A stretch of DNA of 64,000 nucleotides from the IMG/VR virus record IMGVR_UViG_3300027896_000001, positions 32,001-96,000 of that record; one strand, 5' to 3'. Positions within the stretch are counted from its first letter, which is position 1. Every line of letters starts with the position of its first letter. Under the pieces are notes generated by a model. That model was not told the DNA's origin and did not search any database. It saw only the letters and a program-made list of their open reading frames with translations. The DNA comes from a virus. The position numbers and the translations under genes were made by a program. Shown here in pieces: positions 10,732 through 22,435 of the stretch.

Positions 10732-13700
10732 TGAAATATTTAGACTATAATATCACAGACGACGCCACCGCTACCGGAGACAATAGTTATCCGAATACCA
10801 CGATTATATTCAAGGATGCGGATAATGACGACTATAGGCTCGATCCGCGCGCTGATGATGAGGCGGTAAAAAGTGGTGTCGATTTGTCTGCGGATTCCTA
10901 TTACAATTTTGATCACGATGTCGCCGGAAACAAGATAGATGATACATGGCAGATCGGCGCTTATCATTTCACTCGTGAAATAAGGGTCGCTGTCGGAAGC
11001 CCTGTGTCAACTGATTTAAAGACGGCTACAAGTCCCCTGACCGCTTCTGTTGACGAAGGGATAATGACATTCAGCGAAGACCAGGTGGATGAAAGGCTTT
11101 GTGCAGGATGTGTTGTGGCTCTCAGTCCGATAGGTACGACGACAACCGCTGCGCCATTAATCGATGAATTTCTTCTTTATGAAAAGATAGATACAAAGAA
11201 CTGGATAGTCCTGAAAAAATATCAGACCGGGAGTGGAGAATATGAGGACATAGGAAAAGCAAATTTCACTCAAGGCGACATGACTGTTGACAGCATAAAG
11301 CCGCATGATGAATCGTTGTTTTCCGCACTTTACGATAACCTAAGCGGAGAGGCGGGAATCGTTACTGAAAATGGCGACAGAATCAATTTTAAAACGTCCG
11401 ATATTAAAGCAAGCGTTTATTGTTTGTTTGGCAAGGATACGGTTGGCGCAAAAGTAAATGATGAAATGACATTTGACGAAACAAGAAACCTTACCGTTAA
11501 AACCCCTATCGACATCTTAAAAGAGTGCAATTCGAACCTTCGTCATAACGGTGTATTCGACGAATCAAAATGGTGGGTGGAATCTGCCGGCGCCTGTCTT
11601 GATGGTATTCAAATGCCTGTTGATTACATGACTGTGGAAGGCCTTCAACTGAATGCTGTCAATTACGGTATAATAATCACCGGGAAAGAGTTTAAAGCAT
11701 CCAGCAATATCGTTCGAAACGCCGGTCTCGACGGCATACAGGTTGACTCGTCAAATCCCAGTTCATGCGCAGCAGTCGTTAACAACATGATTTATGACCA
11801 TGTAGATAATGCTATTAAAATAAAACATAACGACTATGTTGGAAACAATTCATATATAAACGTTTACAACAACACCATGGTTGGTGGCAAACACGGCATC
11901 AATGTTGAAAGAAGGCCGGACAAGACCTATACGAACGTTGTTCGAATGCGGAATAACCTTGTTCAGGACACTTCAGGCCGCGCTTACATCATAAACGTCT
12001 ACGACCCCCATACAACCCCTCTGGAATCGTGCTGGGGCGGGGATACATCGCTGTCGAGGTATGAGGGCCGGCTGAACAAACACTCGGTTACAGTCAACTT
12101 CAGGGACCGCTATTCCAAGGACTATCATCTGGCGTTTGCGGACTCGATAGCCATGAAGGACGCTCCATCCTTGAGCGCAGATCCAGATTATGCGTTTAAC
12201 CTGGATTATGAGGGAGATGACAGGGCTTGGAGAAAATGGGACATTGGAGCGGATAATTTCCTTATTGGCGCAGACAAGAAAGTGAATTTTTCACTCGGAA
12301 TGTATGAAGGAAATTTGGATGAAACTCCGCAGGATCGCCTAGTTTCTATTTCAGGATCGGTTTTGACTTTCAAAGGCGGCGCGATCGGCTCGAGAATCGG
12401 TGTCGGAGACAAGGTGCTTTATACTGTTCAGACCACGAGCACAACAACAGGGACTGCGTCTCCTGTTTTGTCTGCTTGTTATCTTTCAGAAAAAGGCAAT
12501 TCTGATACGTGGATTGTAAGGACATATGATGGCGGTCTCGTTGACGATACAAATGGTGATGCGCCGGTGACAAGTATTAAAAGAGTTACTCACAATATTA
12601 ATGATGCGCTTGATGTTAACGGATTGGAAGAGATAGCTTGTGAATACAGCGGAAAAACAACTACCACTACCACGTTTTTAACATCGAAAGATCTGGTCTC
12701 TGCAAAAGCAAGCATTTTTGTTTGGTGTTATAATGACGGTGGCGTTGATTCTACTACTGCTGATATAAAAGGATGGACATGTTCTGATGATTATAGGCTT
12801 AATATTCTTACTCCATTCAGCACTATAACTCAATGTGGAAAAAAGCAGCGGGCTTCAGCGAAATGGGATACAGAAAAATATACAATAAGCATTGTTTCCG
12901 GAAGTCCGACTGATGTGATATTGATTGAAGATAAATTTGTAAATGTAATAGGTATTCAATGTTTGGTTTATTTGAATACTATTTACGGAATAAGAATGAA
13001 TAATACTGCTGGATCTAATATTATTTTGAATAATTTTATAAGAAATACTTTGGTTGGCATTGAAGTAGAATCCACTATAACTGATTGTGTCGTGGCGAAT
13101 AATGTGATAATTGGCGGGCAGATAGGAATAAGGGCGTATTCGGGCGTTGCCTATAATAATACAATTGCAGAGTTTACTCAATGCGGTATAAAATCAAATG
13201 ATCCGACTACTTTAAAATTAAGAAATAATATATCTGTTTCGCATTTGAGCCCAACAGAAGGGTGTTATTATCTTGGTAGTGGAGCAGATATAGAATATTG
13301 TCTAAGCAGTGATGCTTCAGCAACAGTAAACGAAGGCTGTGTAATAAACGTATGGATTAAATTTGAAGATCCTACAAATTATGATTATCATTTAAAAAGG
13401 GATGATTGGTATGCGATAAACTTCGGTACTGATCTTTCTTCTGATGCGGATTTTCCGTTTAATTACGATATTGATATGGATATGCTTGATGCGGATTCAT
13501 GGTCATTAGGCGCTGACAGCATTCCTGATCTTGAAACATTGCATTTGTATTTTGCGATTGGAAAAAATACAGATAATTTTTATACAGGGTCTGCAACTTT
13601 TTCAATAATTGGGGGAGTTGCTGTATTTAAAGAAAAACAAGATAATGAGAATTTTGGCATAGGTCAAGTTATTACCTATGATATTAATAAAACCTGTTAT

Positions 13701-16700
13701 CTTGGACATAAAATTTCAGAGGATGAGTGGGAGGTAATGGATCGAAATGGATTGCCTCCTGATGATATACTTAATGCTACTGTAATTTCAGTAAAAAATG
13801 TTTTTAATGAGATTGCGACTGCTATTGGAATAGGAACTGGAAGTATAAGTGAGTTGATTGGTGACTCGAGTACGCCTTTTATGTCGTTAAAAAAGGCAAA
13901 ATATCAGATAAATTTTCCAGTTTATAAAAATTCGACACCTCATTCTGAACAAATTGTAGTAGAACTTTATGAAACTGATGAAGAGAATTTTATCAGAGTT
14001 TACGCGCCATCTGATATAGCGACAGAATGCGTTACGAGACAAAGACATACCGGATGGTGCCCAAGCAGCATTGCTTCCGCGACTCGGATATTGGCAACTC
14101 AGTTTATGATAAATGGAGTGGTATTAATAAACATTCCATATACAGTATTTGAAGGATTGGTAATTGACGGCGGCGGAGATCATGGCGGAAATCATAATAA
14201 TGCAATCGGATGTATTGGCAATCCTGAAAAAGTAAAAATAATCGGATGTATAATTAAAAACTGTGCTGATGGTATTTATAATCTAACAACCTCTTCCGTA
14301 ATTATGGCAAACAATGTTATTTATGAATGTACAAATAATGCAATTGTTACTGGCGGATTCGATATCGTTTATAACAATACAATGACAAAAATTGACCTAA
14401 CATGCCTGATGAATCAGTACAGTGATATTGTCGTAAATAACATTGCCACGGTTCCCTTAATGGGTGGAGTGTATGTTTGTTATAACGATAATTCAAATTT
14501 AAAAAACTGTTTAAGCGAAGATGGTTCAGCAGGGACAATTAATGACTGTCAACCAAATATCACTATTAATTTCACTGATCCTGATAATGAAGATTTTCAT
14601 TTAAAAGACGGGGCGGACTCAGAAGCAAAAGGAACAGGACTGCAACTCGCTTCTGATTCTTATTATCCTTTTAATGTTGATGCACAGAATATTCAACGAA
14701 GAAAACGATGGGATTTGGGCGCACTTGAATTTGAAACAAAGAAAGTTTATTTCGCTGTAGGGTCATCAACAAATGATTTTAAAACAATGCCTTCTTCAGG
14801 AACGCTTGATTTTAATATTACTTTAACAGAAGGAACCAGGCCGGAAGAAATACATAGTGTAATTGAATTTGGAAATGAAGATGGATTGATTGATCAAATA
14901 AATTCGGGATTAGGAGTGGGAAATGAAATTGTCTCTCAAGATATTCCTGATGGGTGTTTGTTAAAAGAGAAAATTGATTATTCACATTGGATTGTGACGG
15001 ATTATCATGGAGACAACATTGCTGCATGTACTGGAAATGTAGATCAAATAAAAAGGCCATTTAACGATCTCGCAACTGCATTGGCAAACGTATGGTTTAA
15101 TTATCTTACAAGTAAAGATTTAATAACCCAAAAAGTCCAACTTAATATAGCGTGCTATAATGATGCGGCCGGTTTTGCTAGTGATCCTGGTCTTGCAAAT
15201 ACCGCATATATTTCATCAGACAATAATTATTATCTTAAAATATATACACCAGTAGATACGCAGAAAGAAGTTAATCTTCCCCAAAGGCATGATGGATACT
15301 TTGGGTGGATAGGTGAAACGTTTCATTCCGGATTTTATATAGACACTGCGGGAGAATACGGTCTGAATTTATGGGCAACGGATTATGTTGAAGTTGAAGG
15401 TTTATCAGTAATGGCGCAGAATGGGATCGCCTCGCATGGAATACAAATTTCAAACAGCAAAAGCTTTGCTATTATTGGAAACATAGTAAAATCGTGTACA
15501 GGAGATGGAATACGCACTCAAGGGTCGCGGATGAATGCCCGTGATTTTATAATAAATAATTTGGTGTATAATTGCGGTGGAGACGGAATAAGAACCGGAT
15601 CATTTGTTCCGGCAACAAATTCGAAAACTTACATTTATAACAATACGGTATATAATTGTAAAAGGGGAATACATTTTTGCAATGTGACAGAAGGAGATTC
15701 AATAATCGGAATCGCTGTGAACAATATATGCCAGAAATCGAAATATCAGGATTATGTTGATGAATATTCAGGAATCAGTGGATTTTTCTCCGTAGATAAT
15801 TGTATAAGCAAAGACGAATCTGTTAAATTTTATGATGGGGATTTGAGTTATAAAAATACAACAATAAAATTCTCAAATCTTTCTTCTGAAAATTTTAATC
15901 TCGATAAAACTGATTATACAGCCGTAGATACAGCAATTGATCTTTCACAAGTTTCTCCATATAATTTCATAGATGATATTGCTCTAAAACCAAGAGAGCC
16001 GGGTTATTGGGACAGAGGAGCTTTTGAAATTATAGAAATTATCGGATCCGGAGAACTTGGAATGGCGCCTATTTTAATGGAAAGGTATGGAGCTTCTGCA
16101 GGAGGAGCGATACCGACACTTGTACTTCATTTAAGAGAGCATCTGTTGGCCGGTGTTGATCCGGATTATCAATTCACAAGCATAAGTGCTTTAAATACAT
16201 TTTTAGATAATAATGATTATTATGATTCTTATAATCTTGAAATAAATGTAGAAAGCAATATAGCATTCAGCGGAATTTTTTCTTTAAGAAATCGCGGGAC
16301 AACGCGGGAAGTCATAATCCAGACTTATGCGGAAGAATTGAAAAATGGGCCGGCTTCACTTAAATATCGTAACGGACCGTTTGTTGATGACGCTTCTGTT
16401 GAAAAGAAAATTGTTTGCAAAAATTTAAAAATATATTCTGATCCTGAGTCTACAACTCCAAACGATTATTTACTTGGTGTTGCCGCGCTTACACGTCAAA
16501 TAGATTTTATTAACTGCATAGTGCAGGTTAATAAAGATGCTGTTGTAAATACAGCGCCAAGTTGCGTAATAAATACAATTAATTCAATAATCGTTTATGC
16601 CAATGGAGATATATCGAACATATTAGTTCTTTCAAAAGAAAATGCTGGAAATTTCATAGGTAATTCCACTATTCTTACTTATACCCATCTTGATGCGATA

Positions 16701-17534
16701 ACATTTAATACTACAACAGCAAACTCTACCGACATGGTAAAAAATACTTTAACTTATAATTATTATTCGCATGGAAACATAACATTTGAAATATCAAATG
16801 TTCGTAAGTATAATTGCAAAGAAAATATTAATCCTTTATTCCGTACATTGTCTATAAGTTTGCCATTTGATATTGAAGAGGTGATGTCGGATAGTTTTAA
16901 GCCAAGTAACGATTCTCCTCTTATCGATTCGGGAGACAATGCGTCTCTTGAGTATTTGCCTTATGTGATAGAAACTGACATTATTGGAAATGAAAGAATA
17001 TATAATTTCGGTGTTGTGGATATCGGTCCGTATGAACTTCAGCTTCATATACTATCTTTTAAAGCACAAAATATTTCTTCTATTTTTCAGGCAAAACTGT
17101 TTCTTGATGAAGAAAGTGATCCAAAGAAATACATTTCTCCTGATTTAAAAATAGTGTTTATCGACCTGTATGATCAATTTTATGATAACCCAGATTACCG
17201 TGAAGAATTTGTAAGAGAATCAAAAATTATTATAATGTTGAAACCTATGAAAAGCGATTATATTATCAAAACAGATAAACAAAATCTTCTGGTAAAAGAA
17301 TTCGAAGCCTATTATGACGCAACACTTGAATCAATAATAATTACGAAAGGCAATGATCTTCTCGGTAATCTTTTTAATAACATATTTACCGACAACAGGT
17401 ATGTTTTTGAATTCAACGAAATAACTCATAAATTTATTGTTTATTTTTATGATACCTATGATAAAGGTGTTTCTGGAGATAAAAATCCAGTGAAAAATGT
17501 GCAATTTGGCGGTACATCTCTTATCTTGAATTGA
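10731..17534 (+). CDS. Giant repeated beta-helix (pectin-lyase-like) protein, probable receptor-binding/virion appendage
   Basis: 2267 aa with about four tandem ~430-aa modules: 'LxEKI…W' / 'TPxD…ECxxxxRHxG' / NN-rich beta-helix / 'FxD…DYHL…DLSxD…WDIGA'. Confidence 0.75.
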   Translation: MKYLDYNITDDATATGDNSYPNTTIIFKDADNDDYRLDPRADDEAVKSGVDLSADSYYNFDHDVAGNKIDDTWQIGAYHFTREIRVAVGSPVSTDLKTATSPLTASVDEGIMTFSEDQVDERLCAGCVVALSPIGTTTTAAPLIDEFLLYEKIDTKNWIVLKKYQTGSGEYEDIGKANFTQGDMTVDSIKPHDESLFSALYDNLSGEAGIVTENGDRINFKTSDIKASVYCLFGKDTVGAKVNDEMTFDETRNLTVKTPIDILKECNSNLRHNGVFDESKWWVESAGACLDGIQMPVDYMTVEGLQLNAVNYGIIITGKEFKASSNIVRNAGLDGIQVDSSNPSSCAAVVNNMIYDHVDNAIKIKHNDYVGNNSYINVYNNTMVGGKHGINVERRPDKTYTNVVRMRNNLVQDTSGRAYIINVYDPHTTPLESCWGGDTSLSRYEGRLNKHSVTVNFRDRYSKDYHLAFADSIAMKDAPSLSADPDYAFNLDYEGDDRAWRKWDIGADNFLIGADKKVNFSLGMYEGNLDETPQDRLVSISGSVLTFKGGAIGSRIGVGDKVLYTVQTTSTTTGTASPVLSACYLSEKGNSDTWIVRTYDGGLVDDTNGDAPVTSIKRVTHNINDALDVNGLEEIACEYSGKTTTTTTFLTSKDLVSAKASIFVWCYNDGGVDSTTADIKGWTCSDDYRLNILTPFSTITQCGKKQRASAKWDTEKYTISIVSGSPTDVILIEDKFVNVIGIQCLVYLNTIYGIRMNNTAGSNIILNNFIRNTLVGIEVESTITDCVVANNVIIGGQIGIRAYSGVAYNNTIAEFTQCGIKSNDPTTLKLRNNISVSHLSPTEGCYYLGSGADIEYCLSSDASATVNEGCVINVWIKFEDPTNYDYHLKRDDWYAINFGTDLSSDADFPFNYDIDMDMLDADSWSLGADSIPDLETLHLYFAIGKNTDNFYTGSATFSIIGGVAVFKEKQDNENFGIGQVITYDINKTCYLGHKISEDEWEVMDRNGLPPDDILNATVISVKNVFNEIATAIGIGTGSISELIGDSSTPFMSLKKAKYQINFPVYKNSTPHSEQIVVELYETDEENFIRVYAPSDIATECVTRQRHTGWCPSSIASATRILATQFMINGVVLINIPYTVFEGLVIDGGGDHGGNHNNAIGCIGNPEKVKIIGCIIKNCADGIYNLTTSSVIMANNVIYECTNNAIVTGGFDIVYNNTMTKIDLTCLMNQYSDIVVNNIATVPLMGGVYVCYNDNSNLKNCLSEDGSAGTINDCQPNITINFTDPDNEDFHLKDGADSEAKGTGLQLASDSYYPFNVDAQNIQRRKRWDLGALEFETKKVYFAVGSSTNDFKTMPSSGTLDFNITLTEGTRPEEIHSVIEFGNEDGLIDQINSGLGVGNEIVSQDIPDGCLLKEKIDYSHWIVTDYHGDNIAACTGNVDQIKRPFNDLATALANVWFNYLTSKDLITQKVQLNIACYNDAAGFASDPGLANTAYISSDNNYYLKIYTPVDTQKEVNLPQRHDGYFGWIGETFHSGFYIDTAGEYGLNLWATDYVEVEGLSVMAQNGIASHGIQISNSKSFAIIGNIVKSCTGDGIRTQGSRMNARDFIINNLVYNCGGDGIRTGSFVPATNSKTYIYNNTVYNCKRGIHFCNVTEGDSIIGIAVNNICQKSKYQDYVDEYSGISGFFSVDNCISKDESVKFYDGDLSYKNTTIKFSNLSSENFNLDKTDYTAVDTAIDLSQVSPYNFIDDIALKPREPGYWDRGAFEIIEIIGSGELGMAPILMERYGASAGGAIPTLVLHLREHLLAGVDPDYQFTSISALNTFLDNNDYYDSYNLEINVESNIAFSGIFSLRNRGTTREVIIQTYAEELKNGPASLKYRNGPFVDDASVEKKIVCKNLKIYSDPESTTPNDYLLGVAALTRQIDFINCIVQVNKDAVVNTAPSCVINTINSIIVYANGDISNILVLSKENAGNFIGNSTILTYTHLDAITFNTTTANSTDMVKNTLTYNYYSHGNITFEISNVRKYNCKENINPLFRTLSISLPFDIEEVMSDSFKPSNDSPLIDSGDNASLEYLPYVIETDIIGNERIYNFGVVDIGPYELQLHILSFKAQNISSIFQAKLFLDEESDPKKYISPDLKIVFIDLYDQFYDNPDYREEFVRESKIIIMLKPMKSDYIIKTDKQNLLVKEFEAYYDATLESIIITKGNDLLGNLFNNIFTDNRYVFEFNEITHKFIVYFYDTYDKGVSGDKNPVKNVQFGGTSLILN

Positions 17535-17540
17535 GGAATT

Positions 17541-20500
17541 GTGAATTTTGTAAATCCATCAAGATCAACATATCATCACAACGTAATATCAGCGCTATCT
17601 GATGAAAACAGATTTGTGGCCAGTGGGCGTGCAAAAGGATATGCTGTTGACAGTTATTCGTGGCTGGCTGATTTTCTTTTTAAATATTCAGTAAACAAAA
17701 GTGTTAATCCTCACGTAGCGTATGTTTCTTTTTTCAGCGACAGGGAAATAATGTATGAGGAATTTGGAAATGTAGAACATTTATATATCGCTTATCCTTT
17801 TTTAACTTCTTATTCCAGGCAAAAACTTCCTTCAAATAGTTATGAATTGACAAAACAACAATATTCTGCAATAAGTAATAGAGGCGCGGAATTCGATATA
17901 ATAGAATACCTGAACATTTCTGATCAAAAAAAAGTAAAAGAAGAAACTAATCCAACTTCATTGAGTTACAATCATGGTTTTTGGAGGGCGCCGGCTTTAA
18001 TTGCCTCTGGGCGACGAATGAAACTTGACCACGTTATTGACCAGGGGGCCAGCGCTTTATACAACAAAGCTGAAAATTATAATCGTTATTTCTGGGCATA
18101 TCAATGGGCAAATTCATCCCATATTGAATTAACCAATGCCGATATTATTCTTGGAACATACGATGAAGATCTGCTGCAAATGTATCCTAACGCCGCCTGG
18201 GATGAAATCAATACTTATACATCTTTTGATGCGGGGCATACAGAAGAAATAAGAAAACTGATTGATGTTAAATTCAACGTGGCAAATCAAAAATATTTCT
18301 ATTTTGATAAAATGATTGAATGGGTTGCATATTACAACGATACTGTGCATTATTATGAACAACAATTTATGCCATATTATGGATTTGTGAATTTTTACAG
18401 TATTGACTGGGCAGAAATACACCCGTTTACATATTTGGGAACATCCGAATATGGGCAAATGGTAAGTTTTTTTCCTGAAATAATAAGAAAAGGGATTGTG
18501 GAGCCCGCAAAAGTCATAGCGAATTGGGGAAACCGATCAACCCCTGATGGCGGTCAACTTGTTTTTAATAACGGCGTCCACATGAACGATCCTTCAGATC
18601 AATCGCGTATTGTTTATAATGCATGCCGGCATATGTTGAATAAACCGCAATTCACTAATTATACCACAGATTTCCAGGTATTCAAGAAAGATCTGGCTGG
18701 AAATATCTTATACTCTGGAATAGATATTGACACTGAACGTAACAGAAGATATTCAGCCGTTGTCATGACTGAACCTTATTTTGTCACTGTGCCAGTCGGA
18801 AACGGTGAAATAGTAAATTACATGTTTGTCACTAAAGATAATTCTCCAATGACTATTAATAATGACCCCACTTCAATGTTTTTAAAAATTAAAACAACAA
18901 AAAGCATGATTGCAAAAATAGACCAACTTCTTCAAACAGCTGATTTTAATACCGACATCATAGAGACATTAACAATTAATGATCCAAGAAACGTATCAAA
19001 AATATCTAAATTTCTGGGTTATTCAACATCCGAACAATATTATTGTGATTTTGCAAGCAGTGATGAGCAGTTCATAAAAAGGCAGGATGATTGTCTTGAC
19101 GATTTGATAGGAGGAGACGGCACAACTCGAGGAATTGCCGGACAAGGAAAGCATGTTACTTTTACGGTATCTGACGGTTCAGAGCAATACAGCGGCGCAC
19201 TAAGAAAAATATGCGGACTTGGCTGGATAGCGAAGACCGTGATAAATAATAAAAATCAGATATCAGGAGTTAAAAACGAACTTGTTTTGTATTGTACGAA
19301 TTATGAGGCTGTAAATTCTCCTGGAGAAACACCTATAACGAATATTTCGAAAGAACTTATTTCAGATTATACCATAATTGATAAAACTGTTCCGTATGAA
19401 ACTTTTAAGCCAATGCTTAAGCTCCCTGGAATCAATGGATATGTTAAAATAATCGAACGAAACCGCCATTTTAAAATTACCAGAGCAAGCGATGGAATGT
19501 ATGAAGTCGTCTATAACGTAGAATTTCCGTATTGCCCGGGGTCTTACACTGAGCGCGTTACAATGAATTTTGCTGGAGATAATTGGTATAATAATCCTGT
19601 TCCAACTTATAAACAAACATGGATTTTAAAAAAACTGTCATATATACCAGCCGGTTCCCAAGAAGTGTTTTTATCAGACGAAGATTCCAGACAAGATATC
19701 AGCAATGACCGTTATGCCCCATTTGCCGATGATTCGTTTTGTGTTCATAGTGTTCTGGCTCAGCGCGCAGCATCAGGTTTAATAATTACGGAACCATTTC
19801 AACTTGGCGGCGGAGAGGAAGACGTAATAGAGACTCAAAAGAATCTTGTTGAATATCCGGCTGATTTGGTCTGGATGCTTGAAAAATTTAAAATGCTTTC
19901 TTTAATCAAATCGAGGGTTCCAGGATTTGAAAGATATGGAACATACGACGTTATGCTTGTTGATGATCCTGACAACAACCATTATTCAAAAGATATTAAA
20001 CTTTTGGGTTTAGTGGATAACAGGCAATGGAGATTTGCAAAAGAAAAATTCAGTTCATATATTAATAGGGAAAATCCATCGTATGTATGTGAAATAGATG
20101 TTTCTGCATTATTCAATGATTTCAAACAGTATCAGAAAACAGATTCCGGAGTTCCGGATGTAAAACGCTGGTTATACGGATATCTTGCCGGATTTGCGCA
20201 TACAATGGCCGACGCCGATGTTTCTGTTGATCATTCTGTAGAGATAATTGATGACTTTCCGGTTACCGAAAAAATATCAACAATGCAAAACAATGATTTG
20301 GAGTCAACCTTATCCGAATCAGATATAGCAATAGAAATATGGGACAATAAATCATTATTAGGCATCGAAGAAGAAACCAATATATATGGCGGAAACTGGC
20401 GCCCATTTTCTCCTATAAGTTCTGATACCCAAAAAGCTCCTGGAAAACTTATTATTGAGGGATTGCAGATAAGCCATATAGACGGCAGCGCTGTTGACGG

Positions 20501-21251
20501 CGTGACGAATATTTTTGGAAACATATATTCTGTTTCCATTGGTTATCTTGATAGTTCTTTCAGCCTCATGTTTCCGGATTTTGTCAATTTTAATAAACCT
20601 TCAAATATTTTGGAAGGCAGATCCAATCTTGCCCTTTCAATCGGGAATTCGGTTAATGGAATTAAATCATATCATATAATTTACATAACAAAGTTAACGG
20701 ATGATCTTGGAGTAAGACAGCTTTTCAGGGCATATATTTACTGTGATGATCCGGACGATCTTCCTGTATTTGATCCTGAAAATCCTTCAGGAAATCCCGG
20801 TCCATTCAGTATTTATGAACCTAAAAAACAAATAAGCAAAAACGTCACATTTGATTTATATACCAGCCAAGTAATTCAAAATCTAGCTGATAATATTATT
20901 GTAAGATATATTGACATGCAATCAACTCTTGAAAATGAAGATCTTTCTTTGCCTGATCGTGAAAAATATATTGATAATAATAAAAAAATATTCTTTCGAA
21001 TTCGTGTTATTAAAAAGAAGAATTATTCAGCATCCAACGATTCGAAAGACATAAGCTCCATTCAGTATAAGGGCCCGGCTATAGACGATGAAGATTTAAC
21101 GGTTACTCAAAAAGAATGGAGTAATTTTCCATGGGCTACCGTAACCGGCGATACCGTAATTATAGATGAAAAATTTGACTGGAGAAAAATTTTAACTCAG
21201 GAAATTGTAAGAAAACTTGGAATGACTTATTTCAAATGTTCATCTAAGTAA
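17541..21251 (+). CDS. Large hypothetical protein (structural module)
   Basis: 1236-aa ORF with GTG start after GAGGA. Confidence 0.7.
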   Translation: MNFVNPSRSTYHHNVISALSDENRFVASGRAKGYAVDSYSWLADFLFKYSVNKSVNPHVAYVSFFSDREIMYEEFGNVEHLYIAYPFLTSYSRQKLPSNSYELTKQQYSAISNRGAEFDIIEYLNISDQKKVKEETNPTSLSYNHGFWRAPALIASGRRMKLDHVIDQGASALYNKAENYNRYFWAYQWANSSHIELTNADIILGTYDEDLLQMYPNAAWDEINTYTSFDAGHTEEIRKLIDVKFNVANQKYFYFDKMIEWVAYYNDTVHYYEQQFMPYYGFVNFYSIDWAEIHPFTYLGTSEYGQMVSFFPEIIRKGIVEPAKVIANWGNRSTPDGGQLVFNNGVHMNDPSDQSRIVYNACRHMLNKPQFTNYTTDFQVFKKDLAGNILYSGIDIDTERNRRYSAVVMTEPYFVTVPVGNGEIVNYMFVTKDNSPMTINNDPTSMFLKIKTTKSMIAKIDQLLQTADFNTDIIETLTINDPRNVSKISKFLGYSTSEQYYCDFASSDEQFIKRQDDCLDDLIGGDGTTRGIAGQGKHVTFTVSDGSEQYSGALRKICGLGWIAKTVINNKNQISGVKNELVLYCTNYEAVNSPGETPITNISKELISDYTIIDKTVPYETFKPMLKLPGINGYVKIIERNRHFKITRASDGMYEVVYNVEFPYCPGSYTERVTMNFAGDNWYNNPVPTYKQTWILKKLSYIPAGSQEVFLSDEDSRQDISNDRYAPFADDSFCVHSVLAQRAASGLIITEPFQLGGGEEDVIETQKNLVEYPADLVWMLEKFKMLSLIKSRVPGFERYGTYDVMLVDDPDNNHYSKDIKLLGLVDNRQWRFAKEKFSSYINRENPSYVCEIDVSALFNDFKQYQKTDSGVPDVKRWLYGYLAGFAHTMADADVSVDHSVEIIDDFPVTEKISTMQNNDLESTLSESDIAIEIWDNKSLLGIEEETNIYGGNWRPFSPISSDTQKAPGKLIIEGLQISHIDGSAVDGVTNIFGNIYSVSIGYLDSSFSLMFPDFVNFNKPSNILEGRSNLALSIGNSVNGIKSYHIIYITKLTDDLGVRQLFRAYIYCDDPDDLPVFDPENPSGNPGPFSIYEPKKQISKNVTFDLYTSQVIQNLADNIIVRYIDMQSTLENEDLSLPDREKYIDNNKKIFFRIRVIKKKNYSASNDSKDISSIQYKGPAIDDEDLTVTQKEWSNFPWATVTGDTVIIDEKFDWRKILTQEIVRKLGMTYFKCSSK

Positions 21252-21286
21252 GTTGATTAAATAAGGCAAACATTGTATTTTGAAGT

Positions 21287-22396
21287 ATGGAGGACCCGAT
21301 GGTCGCAAATTTAAGGGCTGAACCAATAGAAGGCCATGTTACCGACAGCGCCGGGAATGTATTAAGAAATGCCGTAGTGGTAATTAAACAACTTACCCCC
21401 ACAGGCAGTTACGTTGTTGATACGGTTCAATCGGACGATGACGGGTATTTCATTTCAAAACCAATTCCGGCAGGCGTTTATGATATATACGAATCAGGCA
21501 TTAAAATTTCCAGAGTAATCCATCAAACAATTGGTGGCGGAATTCAATGTTTTAAAGCTGATACAGAAAATTATGATCTTACAAAAATAGGGAATTTTCA
21601 AACCCTTGCCGAAACAACACCTCCGACATTACAAAAGTATAAAGCATTTATTCAACTTGAGCCTGGTTATATTGATGTTGCTCATTATGGCAGCATATTC
21701 CCTATTTACGATCAGAATATTTTAGCAGCCCCTGAAGCACAAACACTAAATGAATTAAATGAAATTGCGAAATTTTTTGATTTTTCAGACAAATCAAGAA
21801 TAACTGTAAGTCGTTTTGACGTGGAGTATTTTTCTCCTTTAACAGCACTGTCATCTTCGTATAAACGAATACGCTGGGCCGGCGTTCCGGCAATACGACT
21901 TTATGGAGATTCAAAACTTATAATTCCGCTCGATTATTTTTCAATTGTTCCAAATCTTCCAAAGATCACCCGGCCAACAAGCGATAGTTTTGGCGCAACC
22001 GATATAACGGTTACATCCTATGACCCAAATTACATAACAATTACCGAAGGTACAGGTAGCCAATTATCAGAATTGGTGCAATTGATTTCGCAAGGAGACA
22101 TTATAAAATTAAGAATGAAAGACAACACAACGCCGTGGTATTGGTATGGAATTGTTGTCAGCATGTCTTCTAATAATGGCGTTGAAAGTATCACTCTTGA
22201 AAAATGGAAAAGTTCGCGATTTTTGTCTGATGATTCAATGGCGGCAGGAAAGATTGTAGATAAGCTTTTTGTATTCGATGGGTTATTTCCCAACATCATG
22301 AATATTGATGAAGAAATCAATCAAAGATTTACTATTATAGAAAATATTTTTGCACAAGACAGCGATACCGAATTGTATAATTATAATAATCAATAA
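21287..22396 (+). CDS. Hypothetical protein with N-terminal carboxypeptidase-regulatory-like (Ig-like) domain
   Basis: IEGHVTDSAGNVLRNAVVVI…SDDDGYF…IPAGVYDI pattern. Confidence 0.6.
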   Translation: MEDPMVANLRAEPIEGHVTDSAGNVLRNAVVVIKQLTPTGSYVVDTVQSDDDGYFISKPIPAGVYDIYESGIKISRVIHQTIGGGIQCFKADTENYDLTKIGNFQTLAETTPPTLQKYKAFIQLEPGYIDVAHYGSIFPIYDQNILAAPEAQTLNELNEIAKFFDFSDKSRITVSRFDVEYFSPLTALSSSYKRIRWAGVPAIRLYGDSKLIIPLDYFSIVPNLPKITRPTSDSFGATDITVTSYDPNYITITEGTGSQLSELVQLISQGDIIKLRMKDNTTPWYWYGIVVSMSSNNGVESITLEKWKSSRFLSDDSMAAGKIVDKLFVFDGLFPNIMNIDEEINQRFTIIENIFAQDSDTELYNYNNQ

Positions 22397-22435
22397 ACAT
22401 AATGGGTGGCCTTTTAACATTAAAAGAGGAGGAAA

